From a phage, in the NCBI GenBank assembly GCA_012365435.1, contig GCA_012365435.1_4518.1: a DNA stretch of 64,000 bases; one strand, given 5' to 3'. Under the pieces are notes generated by a model. It ran no database searches. It saw only the letters and a program-made list of their open reading frames with translations, and was not told where the DNA came from. Numbering within the stretch: position 1 is the first letter of the stretch; the number at the start of each line of letters is the position of its first letter. Shown here in pieces: positions 42,001 through 51,952 of the stretch. Position numbers and translations under genes: made by a program.

Positions 42001-42447
42001 TTAGTAACTCTGCAGAATAAATTTGAAATTATCGGCCAGAAGACGGTTCATTTCAGTGAGTGTTTGATATTCTGATGTATGGTTGCGAGTGAACGCTAGA
42101 GCCAATTGTCCTTTACCATAACCAGTGGTCAGAGGTTTCATGTTCTTAGCTGAAACAAAGATTACATCATATTCAATATTATTAGTGCCCATGGTACGGG
42201 CGAGTTGTGAACGGCCTTGACGAATGTGAGAAAGAATTGCATCCAACCCTTGTTTAGAACGTTGACGTCCTACAAAGAATCGTGCTGCTACTTGTCGCCA
42301 GTCAGATGAACCTTTAACGAAGAAGTAAAAACCTTCACGAGAACGAAACTCTTTAGAAACTTCAGAACCGTATTCGCCATTACGAACTACTGCAACAACT
42401 TCACCGCCAACTGCCAGAAGGTCTTTACGAGTTAAATATTTGGACAT
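42001..42447 (-). CDS. ndd: Nucleoid disruption protein Ndd, 148 aa
   Basis: Match to T4 Ndd ([23 protein letters not shown] blocks). Confidence 0.88.
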   Translation of the reverse strand: MSKYLTRKDLLAVGGEVVAVVRNGEYGSEVSKEFRSREGFYFFVKGSSDWRQVAARFFVGRQRSKQGLDAILSHIRQGRSQLARTMGTNNIEYDVIFVSAKNMKPLTTGYGKGQLALAFTRNHTSEYQTLTEMNRLLADNFKFILQSY

Positions 42448-42484
42448 GCTAATTTCCTCAATTGATTAATGTTTTTGTAATCCA

Positions 42485-42520
42485 TGAGAGCATTATACTC
42501 TGCTCTCAAGAGTTTGTACA
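42485..42520 (-). promoter_or_regulatory. Early promoter for ndd
   Basis: - strand TTGTACAAA, spacer, TATAAT within inverted repeat agagca/tgctct. Confidence 0.45.
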
Positions 42521-42523
42521 ATT

Positions 42524-42724
42524 TTATTCGGCTATATCAGAACGTTCAAAAAGCTCTTCAACAGTTAAACATTCAGTGTCATCTTCAATAAAGAATCGAG
42601 TCCAACACGTTGGGGCGATACAGTTATGAGTTTGTCCGGCGATAGAAGCTACACGAATAAGCTGCTGGCCGTTATTCAGAACAAATTTTTCACCAATTTC
42701 AACATCTTTAAAAAGCTTAGCCAT
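42524..42724 (-). CDS. Hypothetical protein, 66 aa
   Basis: ORF. Confidence 0.45.
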   Translation of the reverse strand: MAKLFKDVEIGEKFVLNNGQQLIRVASIAGQTHNCIAPTCWTRFFIEDDTECLTVEELFERSDIAE

Positions 42725-42974
42725 TTTGTGTTCCTCATGTTTCAGTAGGACTACTATACCATAATCCTACCGTGTTGTAAACAATTAAATTACATTAAAA
42801 TATGTTAAAGCCAACCATGTTCCAGTGAACGAACATGCAATGTAAAAACCAGTATCACAAATTGTTTTTAGTACAATAAGAAGTGCATTTTTCATAAGTA
42901 CCTCAACACAATTGAAAATATTATACAAATCATTGGGATACTAAGCAACCATATTCCTATCCACATTTTAGAGC

Positions 42975-43238
42975 TCATATCTCAACTTCCGCGAGTTCCA
43001 TATATCCTTTGTTGATAACCTCTTTAAGGTCTTTAGAAAGAATAACATTAAAATGGTCGTTCATATGCCCGTTAACCAGACGAGTTATTTCGGCTTCAGA
43101 TGACATATAAGGCACGTCCGAGTCCCAATGAGATAGACCTAAATGAGTATAAATCATCCCTTCGTCATCTGCAGTGTTGTACATTGAAACAAACTCACCA
43201 GTCACTTTATGTTTTGCGTAGAAAAATTTAAATTTCAT
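42975..43238 (-). CDS. Hypothetical protein, 87 aa
   Basis: ORF downstream of promoter 43255..43294. Confidence 0.45.
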   Translation of the reverse strand: MKFKFFYAKHKVTGEFVSMYNTADDEGMIYTHLGLSHWDSDVPYMSSEAEITRLVNGHMNDHFNVILSKDLKEVINKGYMELAEVEI

Positions 43239-43254
43239 GATGTTATCCTCTTTT

Positions 43255-43294
43255 AGATAGGACTACTATATCATAGTCCTACTTAGTTGTAAAC
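43255..43294 (-). promoter_or_regulatory. Early promoter (PeSL-like)
   Basis: - strand GTTTAC, spacer, TATAGTAG within inverted repeat. Confidence 0.45.
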
Positions 43295-43306
43295 ACTTTT
43301 ATGAAA

Positions 43307-43864
43307 TTAAAGATGAAGATACCACCCGTTGTAGTTGCTCTTGCGGACGATTTTCTTTAGGTCTTCATGGTCTCCAACGAACTTTATAGAATAAGAGAAG
43401 ACGTCAGGTGAGGTTTCTTTGACATTCAATATAATAATACAGTCAGCGACTCGATGATTAAGGAAGGGCCCTATATTGATTCCATTACCACCCGGATAAT
43501 CACCACTGTATCCTGTGGTAACCGAAATCCATTTCGAATCCATCTGATGGGTCTTTACTTCTACGCGTAGACCACAGTACTTAGGATGAGCTAAAACGTC
43601 CCATGCATACGTGTACGGGTCTTCTACGTCTTCATTACCTTTATTAACATATCCGTCTAGCCAATTTGCTACTACATACTCTGCAAAGACTGCAACCTTA
43701 CAACGTCGAACAACGTCTTCTTTTATTTGACCTGGATCTTGTTTCAACGAGTACCGAGCAGTATCAGCGATCTTAACCTTCATTTCGCTAGTCAAAAACT
43801 CATTCGACAGGATAAATGTCGGAAGATTCTTCAGCCTCAACAGTCCCAAGTTCGTCTTTACCAT
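43307..43864 (-). CDS. denB: Endonuclease IV-like protein, 185 aa from internal Met (MVKTNLG)
   Basis: Position between ndd and rIIB and length equal to T4 DenB when started at the internal Met; assignment by synteny. Confidence 0.5.
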   Translation of the reverse strand: MVKTNLGLLRLKNLPTFILSNEFLTSEMKVKIADTARYSLKQDPGQIKEDVVRRCKVAVFAEYVVANWLDGYVNKGNEDVEDPYTYAWDVLAHPKYCGLRVEVKTHQMDSKWISVTTGYSGDYPGGNGINIGPFLNHRVADCIIILNVKETSPDVFSYSIKFVGDHEDLKKIVRKSNYNGWYLHL

Positions 43865-44087
43865 AGATACCTCTGATGTGTAGTTCGCCAAAATAAATGC
43901 GGTCTCCTTCTTCAAGATATTCTGCATCTACAGGCGGGATTTCAATAACAACTTCGTCGCATTCTAACCAGCCGTAATGTGCATCGCCAGGATGTTTTAC
44001 CAATTTAGCACAATAGACTGATTTACACTTATGATGACCACGAAGATTAGCAATTTTGGATTCTGATACGTCAAATGGATGAATCAT
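43800..44087 (-). CDS. Hypothetical protein, 95 aa
   Basis: ORF overlapping denB 5' end in another frame. Confidence 0.4.
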   Translation of the reverse strand: MIHPFDVSESKIANLRGHHKCKSVYCAKLVKHPGDAHYGWLECDEVVIEIPPVDAEYLEEGDRIYFGELHIRGIYGKDELGTVEAEESSDIYPVE

Positions 44088-44107
44088 AATTACCCCTAAA
44101 GAAAAAA

Positions 44108-44123
44108 GGGGACCGAAGTCCCC
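44108..44123 (-). terminator. Tetraloop hairpin terminator downstream of rIIB
   Basis: ggggaccgaagtcccc with A6 on + strand. Confidence 0.5.
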
Positions 44124-44128
44124 AATTA

Positions 44129-45076
44129 TTATTCTGCAAATAATTCAGTAACGTCTGAAATTACTTCATAACGACAAGTACGCATCTTAGCATCACCGTA
44201 GTCAACCGGGATGGATACAACATCACGTGGATGAACTTTAACTTTCACAACTTTATCTGAGCTTGAACCAAAGTGGCGAATATAAGATTTAGCACAAACG
44301 TGGAGACCGCGAGAACAGGTTTGAGTATCATCGTCGTTAACTCGAGTACGAGGCATTGAAACAACTTTACCTGGGGAGTTATCAAATGTACCACTATAGC
44401 AGTCTAAATAGTCCTTACGAACTACTTTCCACGCATAGAAATGACCATCTTCAGTGATTTCAATATCGTTTGCAACCAAGAAGTCGAATAAACGTTGTAC
44501 AGCTTTTTCGCTCGGGTTTTCTAACAGGTTTTCAAGGAACGGCAGGTAGAATTTAAAGTCTTCGCCTTTTTCCATGGAATCAATAATACGGTTAACCAGC
44601 CCTGAACGAATCTCTATACCTTGATAAAATAAACTACCACCTTCAATAGTAACATTACCGTCAACAAACTTACTAATAGCTTTCTTGATGTTAATAAGTT
44701 CGACAGCTTTACTAAGGTTTCCTGCGACCAGATTAGCTTTAATTTCTTCAAAATTTGCATGACTTGATGGGGTCGCATTGTATGCTACGCGTCCTTCAAT
44801 GATTGAAATAAATTTAGATGACGCGTTCCATACGATTTCTGGACGATGACCTGTAATAATAGGTTCATCATTTTCTGGAACTTCTTCGATTACATAAGAG
44901 GCATCGTTTGCTTCAGGGACAACGCCTTCAGCTTTAAAATTCTTAACAATCTTACGAAGAGTATCTGTTGAAATGTCGAAGTAATCGGCAATTTCTTTAC
45001 GAGTCCATTTGCCTGATTCAACCAGGCCGTAAGCTTCTAACTGTTCTTCTTGGGACAAGCATTTGATATTGTACAT
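44129..45076 (-). CDS. rIIB: rIIB protein, 315 aa
   Basis: Strong match to T4 rIIB, especially C-terminal half. Confidence 0.93.
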   Translation of the reverse strand: MYNIKCLSQEEQLEAYGLVESGKWTRKEIADYFDISTDTLRKIVKNFKAEGVVPEANDASYVIEEVPENDEPIITGHRPEIVWNASSKFISIIEGRVAYNATPSSHANFEEIKANLVAGNLSKAVELINIKKAISKFVDGNVTIEGGSLFYQGIEIRSGLVNRIIDSMEKGEDFKFYLPFLENLLENPSEKAVQRLFDFLVANDIEITEDGHFYAWKVVRKDYLDCYSGTFDNSPGKVVSMPRTRVNDDDTQTCSRGLHVCAKSYIRHFGSSSDKVVKVKVHPRDVVSIPVDYGDAKMRTCRYEVISDVTELFAE

Positions 45077-45085
45077 AATGTTTCC

Positions 45086-47299
45086 TTATTTGGCCGCTTC
45101 CACGGCCTTCATGAATTTAACGATTTGAGCGACCTGTTCTTTGGAAAGAGTACCACGTCGTCCCATGTATTCTGACACAATATGATAATTGGTTTCAAAT
45201 TCAATAACCATTTTATCATCATTATCGTAAGCATTATCTTTAAGCTTATCGAAAATTTTAGCACACAATTCTAACTTCCTGTTCAGGTCTGTATTAGTAG
45301 CACCTGCGAATCGATTCCATCCCCAGCGATTATTTACTGTTGAGAGTTTTGCAAAGTCTTTACTGATTTCTTTGTTCTTAGAGCTAAAATATTTACTAAG
45401 GAAATTAAGCTCTTCATTACGAGTAATATGATTCAAATAAGGCTGTGCTCTACGACTTGGTGATACATACTCATCATAATCTACTTTATCGATTAGCATA
45501 ATATAGTCATTAATTGATTTTTCAAACAAACATTCTACTTCACCGAGTTTACGAACTTTCTTAGCAATCTGTGGACGAACTACAGTGAACTCTTTAATAC
45601 CTGACAAATCAGCAATACGAGTCAAGAAATTAGAGTCATAGTTCAACCAACCTTTATCTGCGTCAAGACATTCAGCGTTAGAACGATTACGAATTACAGC
45701 ATAACCTTGAATCTCATCAGCTTTACTGGCCGGAATAAAAAGGTCTTCTGATACCCAAACATCTTTTTCGTTCTTGAAGAAACGATGGGCACTCGGTGAT
45801 TTAGGACGAGGCTGCGATGAACGTTCTTTAACTTCAATCCACGGTTTAACCAATGCAAGAATTTCAGAGGTCTTATAAAATTTAAGGCTATCACCAGCGA
45901 AAATAACCTTTAATCGTTCCAGAAGTTTCATTGCAACTTCATCTTCCGGGTTAATGAATAATACGCTACTACCATATCCGGAAGGAACCTTATCAACGAG
46001 TGTTGATGCATCTGTGGAAGTCAAAGCATCGTTCAGAGCACGCATCATTGGTACGCGTCCTTTCACATCATCAATAACAATATCAATATGCTTACGACCA
46101 ATACCTAGCAGGCTATTAATTGAAATAGTTGAAGACGAGCTTCCGCTTTCACGAATACGACGAAGTCGTGGGTCTGAAACGATATCATATACAACACCAA
46201 GGTTGCACCATTCTGGTCCCATTTTAAAACGTTTGTACAACTCAGAATAAGTTAGTTGTTCTTTAGAATATTTCAGTGATTCAATATTAGAACCGGCTTT
46301 TTCCATGTATTTACGAGCAGAGTAACCAAGAGAATCGATTTCACGGAATACATGACGTGGATATTCACAATCAATCCATTTCTTAGAATCTTCAGCAAAT
46401 AATTTTGCATCAATTTCTGCAACGCGTTTATGGATATTTGCTACTGTACGTTTATCAAATGACAATGCTTCACGAGACGGGGCTACATCTAGTTCACCCA
46501 TAGGGAATTTAATATAAGCTGTAGTGCATCGCGTCATCATCCATGTTTGTTCTTTAATAACACTTCCGATTGGATATACAATACCACCATAAACAGCCAT
46601 GATATTACCACGTTCACCCCATGGAGCTTCCTTGGCCAAATATACATCGTCAAATTCAGGAAAGTATTTAATATCTTTAACACCGCGAACTTCTGCAATA
46701 TCACCTAGAGGACGCATAACATATGCAATTTCAGATGCGAACTTTTCAAAATCTTCTGGGTTAACAGGCACAACTACTTCAACGCCGGTACGGTCATCAG
46801 GGCCCATCTTATCTACAAAGGTTGGCTTAATCTGTGGACCGCTGTCATCTTGGTAGATTACGTAACCACGAACTTCACCATTGTGATAAGACGTAAGGTT
46901 AAACGTATCGGTATATGCTAGTGGAGCTTTAGAGCCGAGTCCGAATCCACCAATGAAATCGTTACTCGATGTTTTAGTTGAAGCAAAATATGAGTTATAG
47001 ATTCCTGGCTCTTCGTCATTACCTCGAATGGTGAAATCACTCATACCAGGACCAAAGTCTCGAACTACAAAACGTGGGTCTAAACGACCTGGAGCCTGAA
47101 CAATAAACTTATCAGTGCAACCATTAAGAATTTGCCCATCGATACAGTTTGTGATTAATTCACGTACACAAGCCAGTTCTTTGTTTGTATAAAGGTCATT
47201 AGACAAAATCTTATAAACTTTGCTATTGCCTTGAATAGTGAATGCTGTGCTCTTACCGCCTGAACCAATAATCGTTTCTTTAGCCGTTTCAATAATCAT
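45086..47299 (-). CDS. rIIA: rIIA protein, 737 aa
   Basis: Length and position directly upstream of rIIB. Confidence 0.9.
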   Translation of the reverse strand: MIIETAKETIIGSGGKSTAFTIQGNSKVYKILSNDLYTNKELACVRELITNCIDGQILNGCTDKFIVQAPGRLDPRFVVRDFGPGMSDFTIRGNDEEPGIYNSYFASTKTSSNDFIGGFGLGSKAPLAYTDTFNLTSYHNGEVRGYVIYQDDSGPQIKPTFVDKMGPDDRTGVEVVVPVNPEDFEKFASEIAYVMRPLGDIAEVRGVKDIKYFPEFDDVYLAKEAPWGERGNIMAVYGGIVYPIGSVIKEQTWMMTRCTTAYIKFPMGELDVAPSREALSFDKRTVANIHKRVAEIDAKLFAEDSKKWIDCEYPRHVFREIDSLGYSARKYMEKAGSNIESLKYSKEQLTYSELYKRFKMGPEWCNLGVVYDIVSDPRLRRIRESGSSSSTISINSLLGIGRKHIDIVIDDVKGRVPMMRALNDALTSTDASTLVDKVPSGYGSSVLFINPEDEVAMKLLERLKVIFAGDSLKFYKTSEILALVKPWIEVKERSSQPRPKSPSAHRFFKNEKDVWVSEDLFIPASKADEIQGYAVIRNRSNAECLDADKGWLNYDSNFLTRIADLSGIKEFTVVRPQIAKKVRKLGEVECLFEKSINDYIMLIDKVDYDEYVSPSRRAQPYLNHITRNEELNFLSKYFSSKNKEISKDFAKLSTVNNRWGWNRFAGATNTDLNRKLELCAKIFDKLKDNAYDNDDKMVIEFETNYHIVSEYMGRRGTLSKEQVAQIVKFMKAVEAAK

Positions 47300-47311
47300 A
47301 TTTTTCTCTCA

Positions 47312-47512
47312 TCACAAGTTACGTTTAAAAATTTCTGCTACTTCAAGAAGTTCTTCTTTAGTAGCTGTATCGGTTTGTATTTTATATCGAATTTCTTTAA
47401 AGCGTTCTTTAAAGGACTCTGCTGACTCGATATCAAAAAATCTTTGGATAAGCCGGAATTCCCGGAGCACTGCTTTATCAAAAAGTTCCAAGTCCACGTT
47501 ATACATTCTCAT
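47312..47512 (-). CDS. Hypothetical protein, 66 aa (rIIA.1 position)
   Basis: ORF. Confidence 0.5.
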   Translation of the reverse strand: MRMYNVDLELFDKAVLREFRLIQRFFDIESAESFKERFKEIRYKIQTDTATKEELLEVAEIFKRNL

Positions 47513-47604
47513 AATATTCTCTTCAGTAGATTCCTAGAGCACTATTACTAAAGACCATATAATTTATCATCTTATGTGTAATAGTGCCTCAGGCTATTCA
47601 GGAT

Positions 47605-48705
47605 TTACGCTGTGAAGATTTTATCCCACATCGCAACAACTGCATCTCGATTATACTTCTTCCATACTGCTTCAGCACGTTTAACTCGAGCTTCGTATGT
47701 GTCAGTGAATTCTAATACAGCTTTTGTGTAAAGCGCAACTACTTCTTTCTTAGGAGTAGAGGAATCAATTTCTACACGCACAGTATCTGGGTCGTATTCG
47801 AATGTAGCATGAGGATAATCCTTAAAAACTAACTGGATTACAGGGACACCTTTAGAGATGGCTTCAATAGAACTATTCTCTACCGTGCCTGTGTCAGGAC
47901 ACGTATTAATAAGTGCTTTAGCTGTTTTAAGACGTTCCATGATTTCACTGTGTGGAGCATCAATAATAACAGGATATTTAGCTGGTGGTGCCCATTTGCT
48001 TGGACAATAACCAATACCATTTTCGCCTAGTGCTTTAATTGCTTCAAGAGCAACATCAGTGCGACGCATCTTAGTGTCATAACGTTGAGCACTAATAATC
48101 AAATCAGTTGCCGGGAGAACTTCTGGCTTTTCAGACAAACAAATAACCGGGTAGTCATCAGGTTCAAATAATGGATTTTCACGCCAGTAGTCATAATCAA
48201 TTTTGTCAGTAAGAGCTGAAGTCATATGACAATATTTACGTTCAAATTCACGGAATGCTTTAGTAGGAGCATAGCTCTTCCCACCGTTCTTGTGAATCTG
48301 GATAGTCTGATCCCAAATTTGAACAATACCACGAGACACCGGTTCAAACGGCGTAGCCATAAAATTCTTATGAACTTTAGAGAGTCCAGCATCTTTAATT
48401 GCTTGGACAGTTAGTTTAGTCGGTTCCATAGTAACAACAAAATCGTATTCATGGATGCCGGCTAGTTCAACAATCTTACGAGCCATAGTATAACTCATAC
48501 CTAGACTGAATTTAGTCAGATGACCAACAGGATGATGATTAACCTTCCAATCACCAAATGTGTCATTATCAAAACCGATATAATCAATATCGGCACCGAT
48601 AGAAACTAAATATTTCAACACATTTAAATGTACTGCTTCAAGACCACCTTGTACACGTTCTGGGTTAAATGGGACCGCACGAGATGGGATAAACATAACT
48701 TTCAT
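47605..48705 (-). CDS. GT-B-like glycosyltransferase, candidate DNA (hydroxymethylcytosine) arabinosyl/glycosyltransferase, 366 aa
   Basis: N-terminal MKVMFIP...GGLEAVHLNVLKYL and C-terminal TGTVENSSIEAISKGVPVI resemble GT-B (GT1/GT4-like) motifs; occupies the rIIA.1-39 interval where RB69 is recalled to carry its putative arabinosyltransferase. Confidence 0.55.
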   Translation of the reverse strand: MKVMFIPSRAVPFNPERVQGGLEAVHLNVLKYLVSIGADIDYIGFDNDTFGDWKVNHHPVGHLTKFSLGMSYTMARKIVELAGIHEYDFVVTMEPTKLTVQAIKDAGLSKVHKNFMATPFEPVSRGIVQIWDQTIQIHKNGGKSYAPTKAFREFERKYCHMTSALTDKIDYDYWRENPLFEPDDYPVICLSEKPEVLPATDLIISAQRYDTKMRRTDVALEAIKALGENGIGYCPSKWAPPAKYPVIIDAPHSEIMERLKTAKALINTCPDTGTVENSSIEAISKGVPVIQLVFKDYPHATFEYDPDTVRVEIDSSTPKKEVVALYTKAVLEFTDTYEARVKRAEAVWKKYNRDAVVAMWDKIFTA

Positions 48706-48732
48706 AATTAAGCCTTATTAAAATTAAAATGA

Positions 48733-48748
48733 AGCTCCTGAAGGAGCT
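48733..48748 (-). terminator. Hairpin downstream of gene 39
   Basis: agctcctgaaggagct followed on - strand by U-rich run. Confidence 0.4.
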
Positions 48749-48763
48749 TAGGACATCTATCAA

Positions 48764-50584
48764 TTAACCAAGCATCCAGTCTTTACGGAGTTCAGGGTCG
48801 TTACCCATGAGCATTTCAAATAGTTCTTTCCAATTTTCAGGAAGTTTAACTACGTCGTACACAGGGTTTTGAATCATTTCTTTATATTCATCCCGCTGAA
48901 GTGAGCCCAATCCCTTGATGTATCGAATACTATGCTTAGGCAGTGTATCTTTAACTTCTTCATACTCAGCTACAGTATAAAACCATTTTTGAGTTTTGCC
49001 AATTTGTGCAATAATTACGGGTGTTTTAACAAAGCGAATACGTCCTTGTTCAAACAATTCAGGCCAATTACTAAAGAAAGCAAGCAAAGCCGGATAGATA
49101 CTTCCAAGACCGTCGTGATCTGCATCAGTCATAATTGCAATATTACGATAGTTTGTATTCTCTGCCTTTTCACCAAGAATAAGACCTGTGATAGCACAGA
49201 TATCGAATAACTCTTTGTTCTTCATCATATCAGCATATGACATACCCCAGCTATTCATCACCTTACCACGTAATGGGAATCCACCGTGTAGTTCACGGTC
49301 ACGAACATCAATGAGATAACCAATTGCCGAATCACCTTCTGTTAAGAACAATGTCGTATCTGCATCTTTACCACATTGGTTAGCTTTAATATGCTTATGA
49401 ACCTTAGCTTTAGTTGCCTTTTTAGCTGCTTTAGTTTCTGCAGCCTTTTCTGCCGCCAATTTACGAGCTAATGCTGCTTCAACAATAGGCATAATCAAGG
49501 CTTCATTTTTAAGAAGTGCCTGAGCAATTTTCTTAGCATCTAATTGGATATGATTACGAATATCACCATACGTTGACGTTAAACGTTCTTTAGTCTGAGA
49601 ATCAAAACGCATGTTGCTCATGTCTCTAATAAACATCAACATTGTGAGACATTCTTTAACACGAGCTTTAGTGACTTCAATACCCTTATATTTCTTTTTA
49701 ATACCCGGCAAAAGATGTTCGCAGATATCGTCCATTACACATTCAACATGATGTCCACCATTTTTAGTATGGATGTTATTCACATAAGTTAAATGACGGA
49801 AGCCATCTGGTGATGTTGTGAATGCTATAGAGACTTTATCATTTTCTTGAATGATGTTATCTTCGCCAAATTGTTTAGCAAATCGTTTAAAATTACCATC
49901 GACCTTTTTACCATTAAATGTGAACTTGATATCAGGATAAACGACTGCCAATGTTTGAAGTCGGTCTAAAGTAATATCTAAATAAATTTGAGATAAATTA
50001 TGCTCTTCAAATGAAGAGAAATCAGGAGTGAAGATTACTTTAGTGCCTTTACCTTTAGATTTCTTAGAAGACCATGATTTGTTTTCCATTCCGTTTGAAC
50101 AGTTAACAGTGATTTCATTTTCGCCATCTGACGTGATGCCTGTAAACAACGTAGAGAAGATATTAGTTAAACTACTCCCGACGCCGTTCATACCACCAGT
50201 CTTGCGTTCAGAATCATCACCAAAGTTACCACCGGCCTTTGGAATAGTCCAGGCTGCTACAGGACCAGGAATTTGTTCACCCGTTTGGTCGGTAACTAAA
50301 CCTTGAGGAATACCACGTCCGTTATCTTCCACCGAAACTTGATTATTTTTAATTTGCACATCAATTTTATTTGCAAACTTAAATGATGTACGAATAGCTT
50401 CATCAACCGAGTTGTCAATAATCTCATCGATTAATTTAACCAGACCAGGAACATATTCAACTTGTTGATATTTACCAAACAAAAAACGCTCGTGGGCTTC
50501 TTTAGCAGAAGAACCAATATACATGCCACTACGTTTCTTAATATGTTCTACATCTGACAGTACCTTAATTTCATTTTTAATCAT
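48764..50584 (-). CDS. 39: DNA topoisomerase II large (ATPase) subunit, unsplit gene 39 (39 and 60 as one ORF), 606 aa
   Basis: GHKL ATPase N-terminus and continuous C-terminal region; no separate gene 60 or bypass element. Confidence 0.9.
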   Translation of the reverse strand: MIKNEIKVLSDVEHIKKRSGMYIGSSAKEAHERFLFGKYQQVEYVPGLVKLIDEIIDNSVDEAIRTSFKFANKIDVQIKNNQVSVEDNGRGIPQGLVTDQTGEQIPGPVAAWTIPKAGGNFGDDSERKTGGMNGVGSSLTNIFSTLFTGITSDGENEITVNCSNGMENKSWSSKKSKGKGTKVIFTPDFSSFEEHNLSQIYLDITLDRLQTLAVVYPDIKFTFNGKKVDGNFKRFAKQFGEDNIIQENDKVSIAFTTSPDGFRHLTYVNNIHTKNGGHHVECVMDDICEHLLPGIKKKYKGIEVTKARVKECLTMLMFIRDMSNMRFDSQTKERLTSTYGDIRNHIQLDAKKIAQALLKNEALIMPIVEAALARKLAAEKAAETKAAKKATKAKVHKHIKANQCGKDADTTLFLTEGDSAIGYLIDVRDRELHGGFPLRGKVMNSWGMSYADMMKNKELFDICAITGLILGEKAENTNYRNIAIMTDADHDGLGSIYPALLAFFSNWPELFEQGRIRFVKTPVIIAQIGKTQKWFYTVAEYEEVKDTLPKHSIRYIKGLGSLQRDEYKEMIQNPVYDVVKLPENWKELFEMLMGNDPELRKDWMLG

Positions 50585-50635
50585 GTTGTCTCCTCGTTAT
50601 GAAGGTATTCTATCATCCGAAATCTAAAGCAAAAA

Positions 50636-50647
50636 GGGCCGAAGCCC
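50636..50647 (-). terminator. Short GC hairpin with U-run
   Basis: gggccgaagccc with A5 upstream on + strand. Confidence 0.35.
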
Positions 50648-51073
50648 TTATTTAAATTTAATTTTCTGAAGTGCATCAATTGCAGCCAAACGCCCTTGTT
50701 CACTTTTAACTGTAATGACCACATCACCTGATACGATCACCGAGCCGTCAACAAATTCTATAGAGCCTTTTTTGAAATCGACAGCTGTATCTTGTTCCTG
50801 AACTTCTTCAAAGAATTTAAATTCTGCACCATAAAGCAGAATATCACCTTGCATACTATGAATAGTTCGGCCATAATCGCCTACGGCTTCTACAGCAATA
50901 ACCGAAACACCGTAACCAATCATCTCTTCCACAATAAAATCTTTGGACAATAAAGTAGTATGCAGATTAGTATTAAGACGTTTACCAGTCGTATTAAGAA
51001 TTCTCAAGAAATTATCTTCTTGACCTTTGATAATACGATATTTCTTACCAACTTCAAAACCTTTAAAAGCCAT
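50648..51073 (-). CDS. Hypothetical protein, 141 aa
   Basis: ORF. Confidence 0.5.
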   Translation of the reverse strand: MAFKGFEVGKKYRIIKGQEDNFLRILNTTGKRLNTNLHTTLLSKDFIVEEMIGYGVSVIAVEAVGDYGRTIHSMQGDILLYGAEFKFFEEVQEQDTAVDFKKGSIEFVDGSVIVSGDVVITVKSEQGRLAAIDALQKIKFK

Positions 51074-51075
51074 AA

Positions 51076-51255
51076 TTAACCCTTTTTAAGTAAGTCGTAA
51101 AAACCACCGTTCACATGTTTAGGAGCAGAAACCCGACGAGTAGACAGACGATGACATTCAGGGCAAACATCGTTTTCTCGTTCAGAAATCCTTTTAATTT
51201 TTTCATATTCATGACCACAATCTTCAGATTGGCATTTATAGTCGTATAACGGCAT
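51076..51255 (-). CDS. FmdB-like zinc-ribbon protein, 59 aa
   Basis: Sub-cutoff ORF MPLYDYKCQSEDCGHEYE...CPECH with two CxxC pairs. Confidence 0.5.
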   Translation of the reverse strand: MPLYDYKCQSEDCGHEYEKIKRISERENDVCPECHRLSTRRVSAPKHVNGGFYDLLKKG

Positions 51256-51257
51256 TA

Positions 51258-51686
51258 TTATTCCTTAAAATGTGCTTTCAACATTTGATACAAAGACCAT
51301 GCCTGGTCGTTATTTTTGATAGTAATCTTCATCACCGGAAATTCAGACAATTCATCAAGTTCTCCAGAGTCTTGCTCTTCAGACGCTTGATATGGATTTC
51401 CAACTTCGTCAAAGAACTCTGCTTCATTCGTGGAGAGCCAGATAAAGTTTTCATCAAGGATATCACCGCCTGTTGCGTATCCAACCATGCCAGTAGATGT
51501 CACAATTTTAGTAGGACGACCAAGATGGTCAACATCTAATACTTTAAATGGTTCCATGCCAAGACGTCGTGCATAAATCCCATTATCAGTGTGGTCTTTA
51601 ATAAACTCTTCTTGGGCACGTTTATCTTTAAATTGGTACCATGAGTTAACGCGGAATTTATTAGCCATTAGTAAGTTTCCTTCCAA
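51258..51686 (-). CDS. Hypothetical protein, 142 aa
   Basis: ORF. Confidence 0.5.
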   Translation of the reverse strand: MEGNLLMANKFRVNSWYQFKDKRAQEEFIKDHTDNGIYARRLGMEPFKVLDVDHLGRPTKIVTSTGMVGYATGGDILDENFIWLSTNEAEFFDEVGNPYQASEEQDSGELDELSEFPVMKITIKNNDQAWSLYQMLKAHFKE

Positions 51687-51940
51687 TAAGTTGTACCGTT
51701 TTCAGTGATTTCACGGAAGATACCATAGATAGGCATTTCATCGCCAAGTTTTTCGTAAACGTAAACCACTTCGGTGTAGCATAAAAATTCGGTCCAGTTT
51801 TTCTGTACAACAACTAAATCAGGATTAAACAGAACATCTTCAAACTCATCGATGTTTGAATCAGTAGTTACGTTTTTAATGATTTGACGTTTCATAATAT
51901 TCTCCTCTTGTTTTGATAGGTCTATAGTATCATAGACCAT
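51668..51940 (-). CDS. Hypothetical protein, 90 aa
   Basis: ORF. Confidence 0.45.
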   Translation of the reverse strand: MVYDTIDLSKQEENIMKRQIIKNVTTDSNIDEFEDVLFNPDLVVVQKNWTEFLCYTEVVYVYEKLGDEMPIYGIFREITENGTTYWKETY

Positions 51941-51952
51941 AGTTGTTGTACA

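Noticed and set aside
43307-43927. Full 206-aa ORF as denB
   Set aside because: Longer start creates a 128-nt overlap with the upstream ORF; the internal Met gives exactly 185 aa, so the shorter model is preferred
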